Below are positions 13,518 to 25,087 of a DNA stretch of 64,000 bases, in pieces. The notes under the pieces were generated by a model that saw only the letters and a list, made by a program, of their open reading frames with translations, was not told where the DNA came from and ran no database searches. Each line of letters begins with the position of its first letter. Position 1 is the stretch's first letter. Both the position numbers and the translations under genes were made by a program. This DNA comes from Octopus bimaculoides (Eukaryota), in assembly GCF_001194135.2 (NCBI RefSeq), contig NC_068989.1, positions 652,057-716,056 on the forward strand. The letters run 5' to 3'.

Positions 13518-14289
13518 CTTGCATACAACCAGTGAATGTGACAGCACTTCCTCAATGGCTGTGCATGTCAATCCAATCCATAAAAATTATGAAAAGGAAA
13601 GGTGACAATACACATCCCTGCCGAAGTCCAAGAACTACGCTAAAAGGTTTCGACATGGCACCATTTACACGAACACAAATATCTGGGCATTCGTATAGCA
13701 GTCTGGGATGAATAAGTTTTCCATTAATCTCAAATTCCTGCAAAACTCACCACACTATATACTGCGGTACGCAGTCATATACCTTTTCGGCGCATAGCAT
13801 ACATCTTTTGGCAATATTCCCACGATTTTTCGAAGAGTAAATATCTGGTCAGTTGTGCCGAGTCCAGGACGGAAACTACACCTGAGGTAAAGACCCAAAG
13901 AATATGATCGAGAACACAAGCGGCCGAAATGGCGTTCCTCTGAAAAATCTCTGGTGTGACGTTATTCGACAGGGTTCACAGCTTGGAAATCGTGGAGTCT
14001 TTCCATGTCAAGCTACTACTTCACATTGAGAGGTCACAGCTCCATTAATACGGACTAGAAAGTCGCAGGAAAGAATCGCAAGACAGGTCGGAAGAAGGCC
14101 TAGGGTTAGACCAAGAAAGAGATGGTTGGACAATATCCATTGTGTCAGTTGGTCACACTCGGGAATCCAGTTGGGAAGTGAAATGACGCTGGCTTCTGAT
14201 AGGATCCTATGGAGGAGGAGGAGGTGCCTGAGCACCCTTTCCTCGCTATCCTCCCGGGAATAGTGCGGGCAGAAGAAGATGGAGGGATG
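13518..14289. mobile_element. RTE LINE insertion with inverted 5' segment (minus 13518-~13884; plus ~13885-14289)
   Basis: Minus part: FRPGLGTTDQIFTLR...EKVYD...VRVNGAMSKPFSVVLGLRQGCVLSPFLFIIFMDWI (RT). Plus part: RTQAAEMAFL..ISGVTLFDRV..HIERSQL..GRRPRVRPRKRWLDNI..ASDRILWR (RTE C-terminus). Flanked by GAGT at 13514-13517 and 14290-14293. Confidence 0.85.
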
Positions 14290-14612
14290 GAGTGTTACCT
14301 AAGTTTACTGGCCTTCATATTTGGCCCCGTGTTGTTCCCTATAATTTTCCTCCATTCTGTTGGCTCAGTGATGTTGTTCTGAGGTCTGTACACGGCTGTG
14401 AAGAACACTGCCATTACTTTCTTATCTTGCTCTCTGGTCCATTTCTGTTTCACAGTTTCAGTTCTGATGTTTTTTGGTGAGAGATGTTCTATCGGTTCAG
14501 GGTTGAGGTTTTCCCGGTTCTGATTACCATCTCGACTAATATCCTGGTAGTTTGTTGTGTCGTCCATGTCATCAGTAGAGGGAAGCGACATGTGCCGTGA
14601 TAGAGTAATTTC

Positions 14613-14710
14613 CGTGGCCTTATGACAGGTGCCTTATGACGGTGGCCTTATGACGGTGGCCTTATGACGGTGACCTTATGACGGTGGCCTTATGACGGTG
14701 GCCTTATGAC
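14613..14710. repeat. Minisatellite, 7 x 14 bp (GGTGGCCTTATGAC)
   Basis: Head-to-tail units with no spacers; three units carry small variants. Confidence 0.95.
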
Positions 14711-14866
14711 GGGAGCTGGGGGCAGTTTTGCAGAATGTCGTCGTTTCCTTCGTGTATCCAGTTGAGCATCGTCTGCATCGTTTTTCCTGGGAAGATATCG
14801 CTTTTTCTGGACTCTTTTTTTTTCTTGTGTTTTGTTTTGTTTTAAAATATTCTGCACGTCTGTGTA

Positions 14867-14869
<3 letters not shown>

Positions 14870-14962
<93 letters not shown>

Positions 14963-14982
14963 TGAGTGTGTGTGTGTGTGTA
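14870..14982. repeat. (GT)n microsatellite
   Basis: Direct reading. Confidence 0.97.
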
Positions 14983-17900
14983 TCTGTATGTGAGTGTATG
15001 ATGGGGAGAGAGACTGTGTATGTATGTTTTACTTTTGCTTTGTTTTTAATAAATAATTAAAATTACAAACAATTCGAGAGAAAATATTTTCTAGTCGTCT
15101 CGAATTTTTGTTTATGTACGTATGTGTGTGTGCGTGCGTGCATGCGTGCATGCGTGCGTGCGTGTGTGCGTGAAGAATTATATAACACTAGGATTTAGTC
15201 TACGAAACTTGAGCTCCACCATAAACTCGAGATTACTACACGACTGTAGAATCTATTAATTAATGGACCTCTGCGACTGTTTTCTCTGACTCTGCCATAA
15301 ACCCTCAAACATTCTCTCCGGGATATCATAATGTCTCTTTTTAACTGATATTGTTTATTTGTTTATTTGGTTTGTTTTTGTTTTTCTTCTTTCTTAAAAT
15401 AAGCATTTGAAACCAGTTTTTAATAAAATTCTAGATTCTTAAAATCTTTGAATTTTGTGGAAACTTATTGGGACAAATTTTCTGCTGCAAAACAGAACAG
15501 AGAATCTTGAACAACCGAAATCGGTAAAGTGGGCGGTGGAGAGAATATGGCATCTCAATTTTAATCTTCATAAGCTTTTTGATAGAGTTATGCTGAATGT
15601 AACTGAGTTCTGCCAGCCAGAAGATTAACCCCTTTCCTGTTGATGACAAATAACTTTCTTGATTTTAGTTTTGTTTTTCTTATAAGCCTCGGATCAGCCC
15701 TGATCGAGTAAACTTATCAGAAGCTCTCCACGACTCTCACTTGGACGAAAAGTGTTCAACACTAATCACTACAAATGGCTGCTCGCCAGTTTTAAAACTT
15801 GTTATGGATATCTCCCAATAATATATTTGTGACATGTCACTAAAGTGAATATATATATATCCATAGACTTACAGTTTGAGTTCCTCAACAGCCGAGCCTA
15901 AGTCACTGTTTTATCAACCACTCAACGAACGTACCGTTTTGTTCATCTTCCCAGACAAAACTAGTGCCAACAACTCAGCCTACCTTATCACTTTTCTTAC
16001 CTGACATCTCGTAAACCATTTCATTTATTTACTGAACAAAGCAAGCGCTAAAATGAGCCTACGTCGTTAACTTTCTAACTGATTAGCGACATAAAATAAT
16101 ACAATATTAACAGGCGTATCTAGCCGCTCATGCAGAATTGAATGAGGTAACGGAAAAATGCTTACCTGTTGGCATGATTAGACGGGCATGCAACTCATCC
16201 CAGAGTAGAACGGCCAGTCGACATACCCAGGGTTAATTCACAGCAGATGTAGCAAGGATAAGCAGTAGAGCAAGTGTGAAATATCGTATATAGCAAGGAT
16301 TGACAGTAAATCAGCTTAGTAATATTTAATTCAGACACAGCCATTATCAGTACATCGACCAGTTCAACAATCAATACCTCCAATTAGCAAAACTAGAATC
16401 CTTTTACCAATGGATATTTGGCCTTTCCACAACAAGTTTTAACAGTGAAGAAATTTCTATAGAGTTTATCACTTTAGAAACCCGCTTAGTTATTCATCGA
16501 GTTCGAAACCACGGACGTGAAATCATGTGTACAGATGTATTTCAGAAACATGACACTTTCTGCAGGTGGAGGAAAGCACAGACATTTTGAAGATTTGCTG
16601 GCAGCTGAGACCACCACTTGCATGGGGCGGTTCTTTTTAGCTTCAATAGTTTGGCTATTTCGGTGAACGACGAGAGCGACGAGGGCTGTTGGTAGCCATG
16701 TCGATACGTTTAATGTCAAGGTTAAGAAATTTCGCCGATAGAAGTTGAGATTTTTAGCCAATATCCTGTAGCGCGCGCACGTGTGTGTGTATGTGCGTGC
16801 GTGCGTGCGTGCGTGCGTGCGTGTGTTTGTAGCAGGTTTGTAATCCGTAACATTTATCTTTTCAGTGACTTTTATCTTTATTGCCGAAAACAAGGTGGTG
16901 TATGCTTTCTAAAATGTTTAACTTAACTGATGTCAACACAAGAGACTGTAGACAAAATCACATTCGTTTAATCCAGTAAAGTGTTCGAGTTGGCTCAACA
17001 AAAAGTATTCAACTCTAATCACTACAAATGGCTGCCCGCCAGTTTTCATTTAAAATTCCACATGCGTCTGGACAGAAAGCTGCAATCCGTAACATTCATA
17101 GGTGCTTTATAAATTTTGTTTCTCCAATGTTTTCCGAATCTACGTTGAAAGACGAGAAATTTCGAGTTGCGGGTGCCGTGACTTCGTTTTCGCTGACAGA
17201 TCGACGCTAGACTTCCCCAGCACGCTTGTAAGAAAATGCTAAGTTAGAACTCACATAGAGCCGTCTTAATACGTGGACACGCGGGGCAGTTTTAATTTCA
17301 TTGTTATTGATAATGTTTTATGCGCAGTTAAGCAGATGTCATTAAACTCTTTGATAAAGTCATTGGATGACATTTCTCAAGGTGCCAGCAGACAAAATGG
17401 ACAAGGCGTTGCCCTGGAGGATAGCCCAGTGCTAATCTATGTTGTGAGGTCCAGTGCAGTTCTTTGGTCGGGGCAGGGCCTATACAGCTATTTAGACGAA
17501 CCTGACAACAGAACACAAAAGTTTATGTAAATTCGCAATTTCTGAAGATTTTGTTGAGGATCACTTGGTAGAAAAGAGCAATAATCCCCTGTGCCAACAA
17601 AGAATCTTGTTTTTCATTTTCCTTATATTTTTGTTGCCAAATACGGAGATGGTTTCTTTGATAAATGTGTAATGTAAAATGGTCTGGAAATATTTTACGG
17701 CTCGCCATTTCCTTACACTTTCTAGAATAACCAGAATCACCTTTGCAGTCGATGAGAGATTTTTTTCCATGACGAAAGAAATGTTCCGGGGAAGAGAGTA
17801 ACAAACATTACACTGTAAAAAGGATGCTCGAAGGTGTAGAACCAGAAGCATCGTTTATAACAGGCAGGGAACAACATTCAAGTAAACCAGGAGATTGAGG

Positions 17901-18737
17901 TGTTAACTGATGAAGTTTTAAGCAGATGATTAACATTTTGCTATCTTTTTCTGGAATGGAAAAGTAGGGGGTGAATAGCTTTCCAGAAACGAGACACCGT
18001 TTAATGTAGTAACTAAACAAATCTAGCTGTCGTTGTAGTTGCCTGGTGTACAAGTCAAGTACTGTGTTGTCCTAAAATATTTCTCCTCCTTCTATAATAA
18101 CTCGGGCTCTTCTCTATTTCTGAAATGACTTGCACGAAACAGTATTTCCGCTGTTTAGTGGTGAGCTGAAGAAATGCATTGATATTTATTTATATTGAGG
18201 TATATTGGATCAGAAGATGTATTTTTGCCGCAAACACAACAAGCACCGAATACGAGATACGAACGTTTGTCATTCAGACACCCTCATCTATGTACTTGAT
18301 CATACATGGTTCCCTAATAATCAAAAAAGGGTTAAATTAGCAATTCTGAAAACAAAGAAAGAAAAGATGATGGCAGACGATTTAGATAGGATTCAACAAC
18401 AGAAGATTAGATTGAGCATTTAACCTCTGTTGTTGATTCGGCTGTGAAGATACGGCCAAATGTTTAGCGTTTAATGAACGGTTTCCCTTTTCAATTACTT
18501 CTGTAGTTCGAGTCAAACGAAATTTATGTCACTCAGCAGACATTTTCTCCCTCGTTTTGCTTTCATCTTGCCTCCGCTGCCCTCACATCTCCCCTCCCCT
18601 TTTGTCTCTCTCTCTCTCTATTTCACTTACTCTTCTTCTCTTTCATTACTTCTTCATACATTATCCTACTTCTAACTTTTCTGGCCTCTCTTCCCACTTA
18701 TTTTCCCCTTTATTTCTTTTCTTCCTTCAGTTCTCTT

Positions 18738-18798
<61 letters not shown>

Positions 18799-19149
18799 TA
18801 CTTCTTTCATCATACGTTTACTAATTTCTCTCCGTTTTTTTTTTGTTTTGTTTTGTTTTGCTTCAAATCCGCCATTTTCTTTTATCTTCTTTCGGTATCT
18901 TTTCTCTTTAGTTGTGTTCCTCCTCCTCCTCTTCCTTCTCCTCCGCAGTTAACATTCCCTGATTACACGGAAGTCAGTCAGTAAATAAGTGGAAGAGGTT
19001 CAATAAACTGAACATTTCCATCGGGGAAAATGGACCGAAATAGTCATTTATAGAAACTCATAAATGACCTGATACTTTATTCAGCTCATTTGGAAGCATT
19101 TTCTTTTTGCTTTTTATTTTTACATATGCTTTAATTTGTTAGACAAAAC

Positions 19150-20400
19150 GATTTATTTCTTTTTGTTTTAGAGTCCTGGAGCAAATGAATATAAAGAAAT
19201 AATTCCAGAACCGCCTTCATCTTTTGACAAAGATACTTTAAGTGAAGAAAGTATTGCATCTACTTCAATTGATGGCATGCCGAGTGATACAGCAGATCAC
19301 TGAGATGAACCAGGATCTTCAAAAGAAAGTTCCTCATTCATTACGTCAACTTCAGTTAAATGATTTAGTTTGAGACTTGAGTTCAACAAAACAAAAAGTC
19401 AGCACTACTGGGCTCCAGGTTGAAACAATGGAATCTTTTACATGGTGTAAAATGCTCGTATTTGCGAAAACGGCATACAGAATTGCATAAATGTTTTTTA
19501 CAGAGAAAGACGGCATTTGTTTTTGTTGTGATGTTGAAGGACTCCTATGTGAGATGGGATACGGCCATAATCCTGAAGAGTGGAGACTCTTCGTGGATTC
19601 CAGCAAAGCAAGCCTAAAAGCTGTTTTGCTGCAAAATGGCAGTCAAAAACCTTCAATGCCACTAGCACTTGCCGCAGGATTAAAGGAAACTAGGAATCAA
19701 TGGATAAAATTTTACACTTGGTTAAATATTCTGATGAGCTTTTTCAAGAAAATTTAAGCCCAGTAGAGAAAAATGCTTGGGAAAAGTTTATTTCTCTTGT
19801 CATAAAATATTGGCGAAATGAGAAATCATCTAACTACGTTGCAATTGTGAATGATTTTTTGAAAGCTTATAAGCAACTTGGGGCAAGAAAGTCTCTAAAA
19901 TTTATTTTCTCCACTCTCATCTTGACTTTTTTCCACCCAATATGGGTGATATAAGCGATGAGCATGGTGAACGATTTCATCAACAAATCAAAGAGCTAGA
20001 AAGCCGCTACAGTGGCAGACTTACACCAAATATGCTGACGGACTACTGCTAGTTTTTAAAACGAGAAACGGACATACAACATAAGCGTAAAAGAAAACAC
20101 CAAAGCTATTTTTGAAAACCATAAAATTAATAATATTCACTTTTGTGCTTTATTAGATTTAGAGCTGCTTGTCTACCTAGTTGCTATTGTTCTTATACCA
20201 AATAACGGTAATTTACGTTCAACATAACATTCATTTTATTTTTCATGAATTTTCACATTATTGTAATTTGATTGCAGTATAATAATGATAGCGATAAAAC
20301 GTGACGTGCTAGAGTAAAAATGATTGCAGATTCGGAATCAGCTCTCCCAAATTACCCATGAGCACCATTTCGTCTAATAGTAAGATCAAACACTTATTGG
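19150..20400 (+). mobile_element. Chapaev3-like (CMC superfamily) DNA transposon remnant with internal deletion
   Basis: Frameshifted motifs QLNDLV.DL..KQKSALLGSRLKQWNLL, EEWRLFVDSSKASLKAVLLQNG, HFLHSHLDFFPPNMGDISDEHGERFHQQIKELESRY and NMLTDYC; 3' subterminal acgtgctagagtaaaaatgattgcagattcggaatcagc. Superfamily name is from recalled motif knowledge; ends are approximate. Confidence 0.75.
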
Positions 20401-20698
20401 AGGCGCAAATGAGATTGATGGTCACACTTTCTTAAATAACTATTCAAAATTCTTTCTTAATATTGGCTTCTATTTTACTCTCCAAACAACACACAAAATT
20501 TAATAAACTGCATCAGATAAACATTTTTATACTGAAGTTAAAGAAAGAAATCATTAAAAATTTTTGCCCGAAATCTCGGTTTTGCAAATGAAAATAACAA
20601 TTGCAAATATAAATTTTCGTTTACAAACTTTGACCACTATGAGGGAACGAGAATATTGACAAAGCTCCTTTGTCGAAAGAGAGAAAATATGTTCAGTA

Positions 20699-21134
20699 AA
20701 GGTCGTCGTCGACTTACGACCGATCGACTTTACGACGATTGGCGCCCCAGCTTCCAGTAGCAATAATAAATAGTCTAGTTGAAATTTAATGGGTTAGAAA
20801 TTAACCCGTCTACGGACGATATCAGCTAACAGACGCTTCGCCTAGATTTGGTTATCGATCGTTACAGTGGTTATCCCAAGTGTTGGGTGAATATCCTGTC
20901 GCAGAGACATCGAAGCAACCTTGTATTTGTTTATAAGACGACAGCTTGAGACTCCGAAATTTTTGACTAACGCCAGTATAATAGTATAATACAGAATGCT
21001 GTGAGTGACTTTTACCTGAGAATGTCCCTTAAGAATGTAAAAATATAAAACAAGGCCTATAGGCTGACTTACGACCAAATCACTAACGACCAGTCAGTCG
21101 GAACCGATTGTGGTCGTAAGTCGACGACGACCTA
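20699..21134. mobile_element. pogo/Tigger-like MITE, 436 bp
   Basis: Perfect 22-bp TIR AGGTCGTCGTCGACTTACGACC (20700-20721 and 21112-21133); TA on both flanks (20697-98, 21135-36); extra internal GACTTACGACC near 21067; no ORF. Confidence 0.85.
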
Positions 21135-21209
21135 TATTCACAACAGCATTGAAATGATGGATTTTTACATGATCATACACAGAATTTTTGTCTAAAAAGG
21201 TTATGATTT

Positions 21210-21400
21210 ATCTTTTACTTGTTTCAGTCATTAGATTGCGGCCATGCTGTAGCACCGCCTTGAAGGGTTCAGTTGAACAAATCGCCCCTAGCACTTTTCT
21301 TTAAAGTCTGGTACTTAATCTATCGATCTTACTACCTAACTGCTGATGTATGGAAACGTAAACAAACCGACACCGGTTGTCAAGCAATAGTAAGGTACGA
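21210..21400 (-). mobile_element. SINE family B fragment with CR1-like 3' tail
   Basis: Minus strand ends ggcggtgctacagcatggccgcaatctaatgactgaaacaagtaaaaga; similar tail at about 37092-37130 and in the LINE at 34816-34861. Confidence 0.65.
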
Positions 21401-22414
21401 ACACACACACACATAACACATAGGGTGTTCGGTTAAATTTGACGATTTTTTATGTCTGCCCTGAAGAGCATAAAGATTAAAATTGTTGAGAAATGGTTGA
21501 GATGGCGGACTGGAAGCTATCTGAATATTGGACACACAAATACTATTTCTTTTTTTCTTTCAGTTTACCCATTGACGTTCTATTATTTAGCCTTTTAAGT
21601 TTTTGGTACATCTGAGTGTCACATCCTAGGCTGTCAGCAGCCTATTTCTTTGTCGCTTTAAAATTATTGTATTCAGTTACAACTTTTCTGAGCCAACTAG
21701 GGATTTCAGTTGGGTCATTTAATCAGCTAGAAGAAGCAGTTAAGGAATGTAAGGACGTTATTTATAGGTCTAATCGATCGGTGTTGATCTGAAGCTAAAT
21801 AACAGCTTCAGCAACTATTTCGCATTCATTCATGGATTCGATCAAAAGTTATTGCACTCAAATTTTGTGACACAAACTCATATACAATAAGAGAGAGAGA
21901 GGGGGGAAGAGGAAGAGGAGGGCGAGTAAACTATAACTAGCGACGTATTTCTTGTAATCTTCTATTTGACTCGCGTTTTCCCCTCCTCTGTGCGTTACCT
22001 TCTTCTGTGATGTTACGCCGATATCTAAGGGAGAAAACTCCCATTTTGTTCTTTAATTTTTTCATACTTAGTAAAGTTAACAAGTCTTACGCGATGATAT
22101 TACATTCAAACATAACCCCGAAAGTCCTTAAACCACATGAAATTTATGTTTTAAGTTACATTAAATGGTCAAATAGTTGGTTTGAAACTATAATAGTAAA
22201 ATCAAGGGACGTAACTGTAAACCGACTATCGTACGCCTGTGTGGGGTATATATATATATATATATATATATAGGTTATGGGCGATAGTGGTGTCAAATAG
22301 ACCCAGAGGTTTCAGGTAATGCTGAGTAAGTGCTATGGATAGACCACAGTTAAGCTCCAGGTTCAGTGATTATGCGAATAAGGGGTCCAACGTAGGTCAT
22401 ATATCGGCGTATGA

Positions 22415-22567
22415 ATATAAGGATTTTTCGTTATAAGATTTTTAAAAAACCAAGGCTGTGTGCATTATAGAACATTTATAAATAGAAGGTCTTACAGCTA
22501 TAATGTTATATAATGCACACAGCCTTGGGTTTTTTTAAATCTCATTACGAAAAATAAATCCTTATAT
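22415..22567. repeat. Long near-perfect inverted repeat (arms about 62 bp, loop about 23 nt); foldback/MITE-like
   Basis: atataaggatttttcgttataagatttttaaaaaaccaaggctgtgtgcattatagaacatt pairs with taatgttatataatgcacacagccttgggtttttttaaatctcattacgaaaaataaatccttatat. Confidence 0.85.
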
Positions 22568-22619
22568 ATATATATATATATATAAATCTAGTTTCCTCCT
22601 CTCGTCGTGTAGCGTCCAC

Positions 22620-23100
22620 AGCTTCCTTCAGCATGTTTAGACTTGGCAAAGAACTTCACCAGTCACTGACAGCCCGACCAGTTATTGCAGTTTTCACCAA
22701 TGATTCCCTCCTGCCACTTTCTGCTGCTCTCGCCGACAGCCATTGCAGTCGCCAGTCTCCCCACCAGGTTTCAATATTTTTGCAGTGATTTCATTACTTG
22801 TCTCTTGGCTCATTGTTGGATTTTCCCCTACATCCAGGTCTCTATTATTCGTTGATCAAGATTCTACGGCTCTGTCTGTGTCAGTTGATCTAATGTTTCT
22901 CAAAAGTGCTCCATCCATCACCAGTCTTTTCTCCGTTTACTCTTCACCGCTCTATTTCAGCTGGTCTTTGCTCCAGTTATCTCCCTTATTATAGATTCCC
23001 GAGAACCATTTTAGATTATTGCTTCTGCCTTCGTGCACTTTTTGTCAAGCCATCACAAATCCATTTGAACTGTTCGTCCAGCTCTTGGCATTCTTCCCTA
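22620..23100 (-). mobile_element. Highly degenerate RTE-like LINE fragment (linker upstream of RT)
   Basis: Interrupted minus translation CREECQELD...IIREITG...W.EHF..TL...EITAKILKPGGE resembles the RTE linker. Confidence 0.45.
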
Positions 23101-23855
23101 CACTTTTCTATATTTACTCCAAGGTTATGACTATTCCATCTCTTCAGGGCTATGTAAGACTACATTATTTGTGTCTATTCGGTTAAATTCATTGGTTCCA
23201 AATTTTGGCACAAGACTAGCAATTTTGGGAGAGGAGGAGGCAAGTCAATTACATCAACCTCAGTATATCACTGGTACTTATTTTATCAACCCTGAAAGGC
23301 AAAGTAGACTTCAACATAACGTTGAACACAAAACAAAGACATACAAAATACTGCTAAGCATTTTGACAGGTGTGCTAACAATTCCACCAGCTTAATTAAT
23401 TATTGATACCATTAATACACCTGGCAACAATGTTACTATCATAAACTGTATACCAGGGAAGGTGGTGCCAGACTACAAAAAGATTTCATTTGAAAGAATG
23501 GAACGTTAAAGACTGGGTTTCCAAAATGTCAGAGAAACGATCCCATCTAAAAACTGAATATTTGTTACTGTTGAGACGATGACCATTTGAAATATTAAAA
23601 ATGCTTTTGAGAGCATCCAAAAAGGTAAAACTAATTTTCAAAAATGCAAAAACAAAGAAAATTATTATGAAGTGGCAGGTTATAAATTGTGGACACTGTA
23701 TATATACTGTTATATGCAGCAGACACACTGTTGTAGTTTTATATTGTTATATGTAGTAGAGACGATTTCCATTTATGACAAGAGAGAAAAAGTGAAAAAC
23801 TTTTATAAAACTTGAGTTAATAAAGACAGGTGAAAGAATGGATGTTTTATTTATT

Positions 23856-23885
<30 letters not shown>

Positions 23886-23891
<6 letters not shown>

Positions 23892-25087
23892 TGGCAAGAA
23901 AGTAATTTCGGTTTTTTTAGTGTGAAATAACTCGTCTATTTTTTTTTTTTTCATGAAAAGAATGAACTTTAATCAATTCTATAATTTTCCATTTTGTTTG
24001 ATGACCTTTTGCCATCTTTTTGGCAACTTCATGATTCCATACTCATAGAACTTCTGGTCCTTATCAGCCAAAAACTGAAGCAAGTGTGATTTCAAGTCAT
24101 CGTCATTATTGAAAGCTTTACCATTCAAAGAATCTTGCAGACTTTGAAATGAATGGTTACCTGATGGTGCAAGGTCAGGGCTGTGGGGTGGATGGGACAT
24201 CACTTCTCAACCAAGCTCCAATAATTTTTTCATAAGTTAGCAAAGATTTCTGTGGTCTAGCCTTGTCCTTTACGATTTGCCAATTCTGGCCATTTTTCTT
24301 TGATTGCTTCCTCCAGTTTCATTAGTTGTTGAAAGTAAACATCCGAATTGATTGCTTGGTTCCTTAGAAGCAGCTCAAAATGCACAACACCTTTGTAATC
24401 CTACCAAATTGACAGCATGACCGTTTTTTGATGCAATTCAGTTTTCAATGTGGTTCATTACACTTGGATCATGATCATTTTTGATTGATGTTATATTGCA
24501 GACAATCCATTTTTCATCACCAGTGATGATTTGTTTCAAAAAAAGGTCGATTTCATTGCGTTTGAGATGCATATCGCAAATATTGATTCGTTGTGTTAAG
24601 TGAATCTCTTTCAATTTATGTGGAACCCAAATATCGAGCTTCTTAACAAGTCTAAGACATTTTAAGGGTTGTGTGCGATACATTTAACCTCTCTGCAATC
24701 TCTCACACAGTTATATGACAGAACATTGGTCATCTTTGAGTGAAAAATCTTCAGAATGGAATTTTTTTAACCATTCTGACATTGTGCATTCTGTTAAGCA
24801 AACACCATAAACTTCACACATCTCTTTGTGAGCCTCAGCAGCTTTCTTGCCTTTATGGAAATTTAAAAAAAAGCAAAATATGGCGAAAATGTTTGTTTTT
24901 TGCACTCCCATGTTAAAATTGACACTGAGCTAACATCTGTAAACAAAATTACTTGCAATTTGCTTCTAAAGTAAGCTAAAAGTAACGGCTATCAAATGTC
25001 AAAAGGAAAAATATCATAACATTGATGACAGTCATTAAAAAAGATCGTTTACTATTTGTGAACAAAATTACTTTCTTGCCAACCCAA
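23886..25087 (-). mobile_element. Full-length degenerate mariner (DD34D type), about 1.2 kb
   Basis: TIRs t(a/t)gggttggcaagaaagtaattt at both ends with TA flanks (23884-85, 25088-89). Minus-strand transposase pieces KKAAEAHKEMCEVYG, LDIWVPHKL, IITGDEKWI and HPPHSPDLAPSGNH are broken by frameshifts. Confidence 0.95.

Larger units (their letters stand above)
13270..14860 (-). mobile_element. 5' portion of an RLE-type (R4/Dong-like) LINE, interrupted by an RTE insertion at 13518-14289
   Basis: ORF 14591-14295 contains KQKWTREQDKKVMAVFF, like the KWTxExNxxVM N-terminal motif of R4/Dong ORFs. Removing the insert rejoins KL(a)GN-TRRDI...RLTQTELGQIR. A 14-bp tandem array lies upstream of the ATG. 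Outer boundaries are approximate. Confidence 0.6.

Noticed and set aside
14613-14710. Possible CRISPR-like array
   Set aside because: Units are 14 bp, head to tail with no spacers, in a eukaryotic context without cas genes.
15624-16235. Possible piggyBac element (TTAACCC ... GGGTTAA)
   Set aside because: The inverted match does not extend beyond 7 bp.
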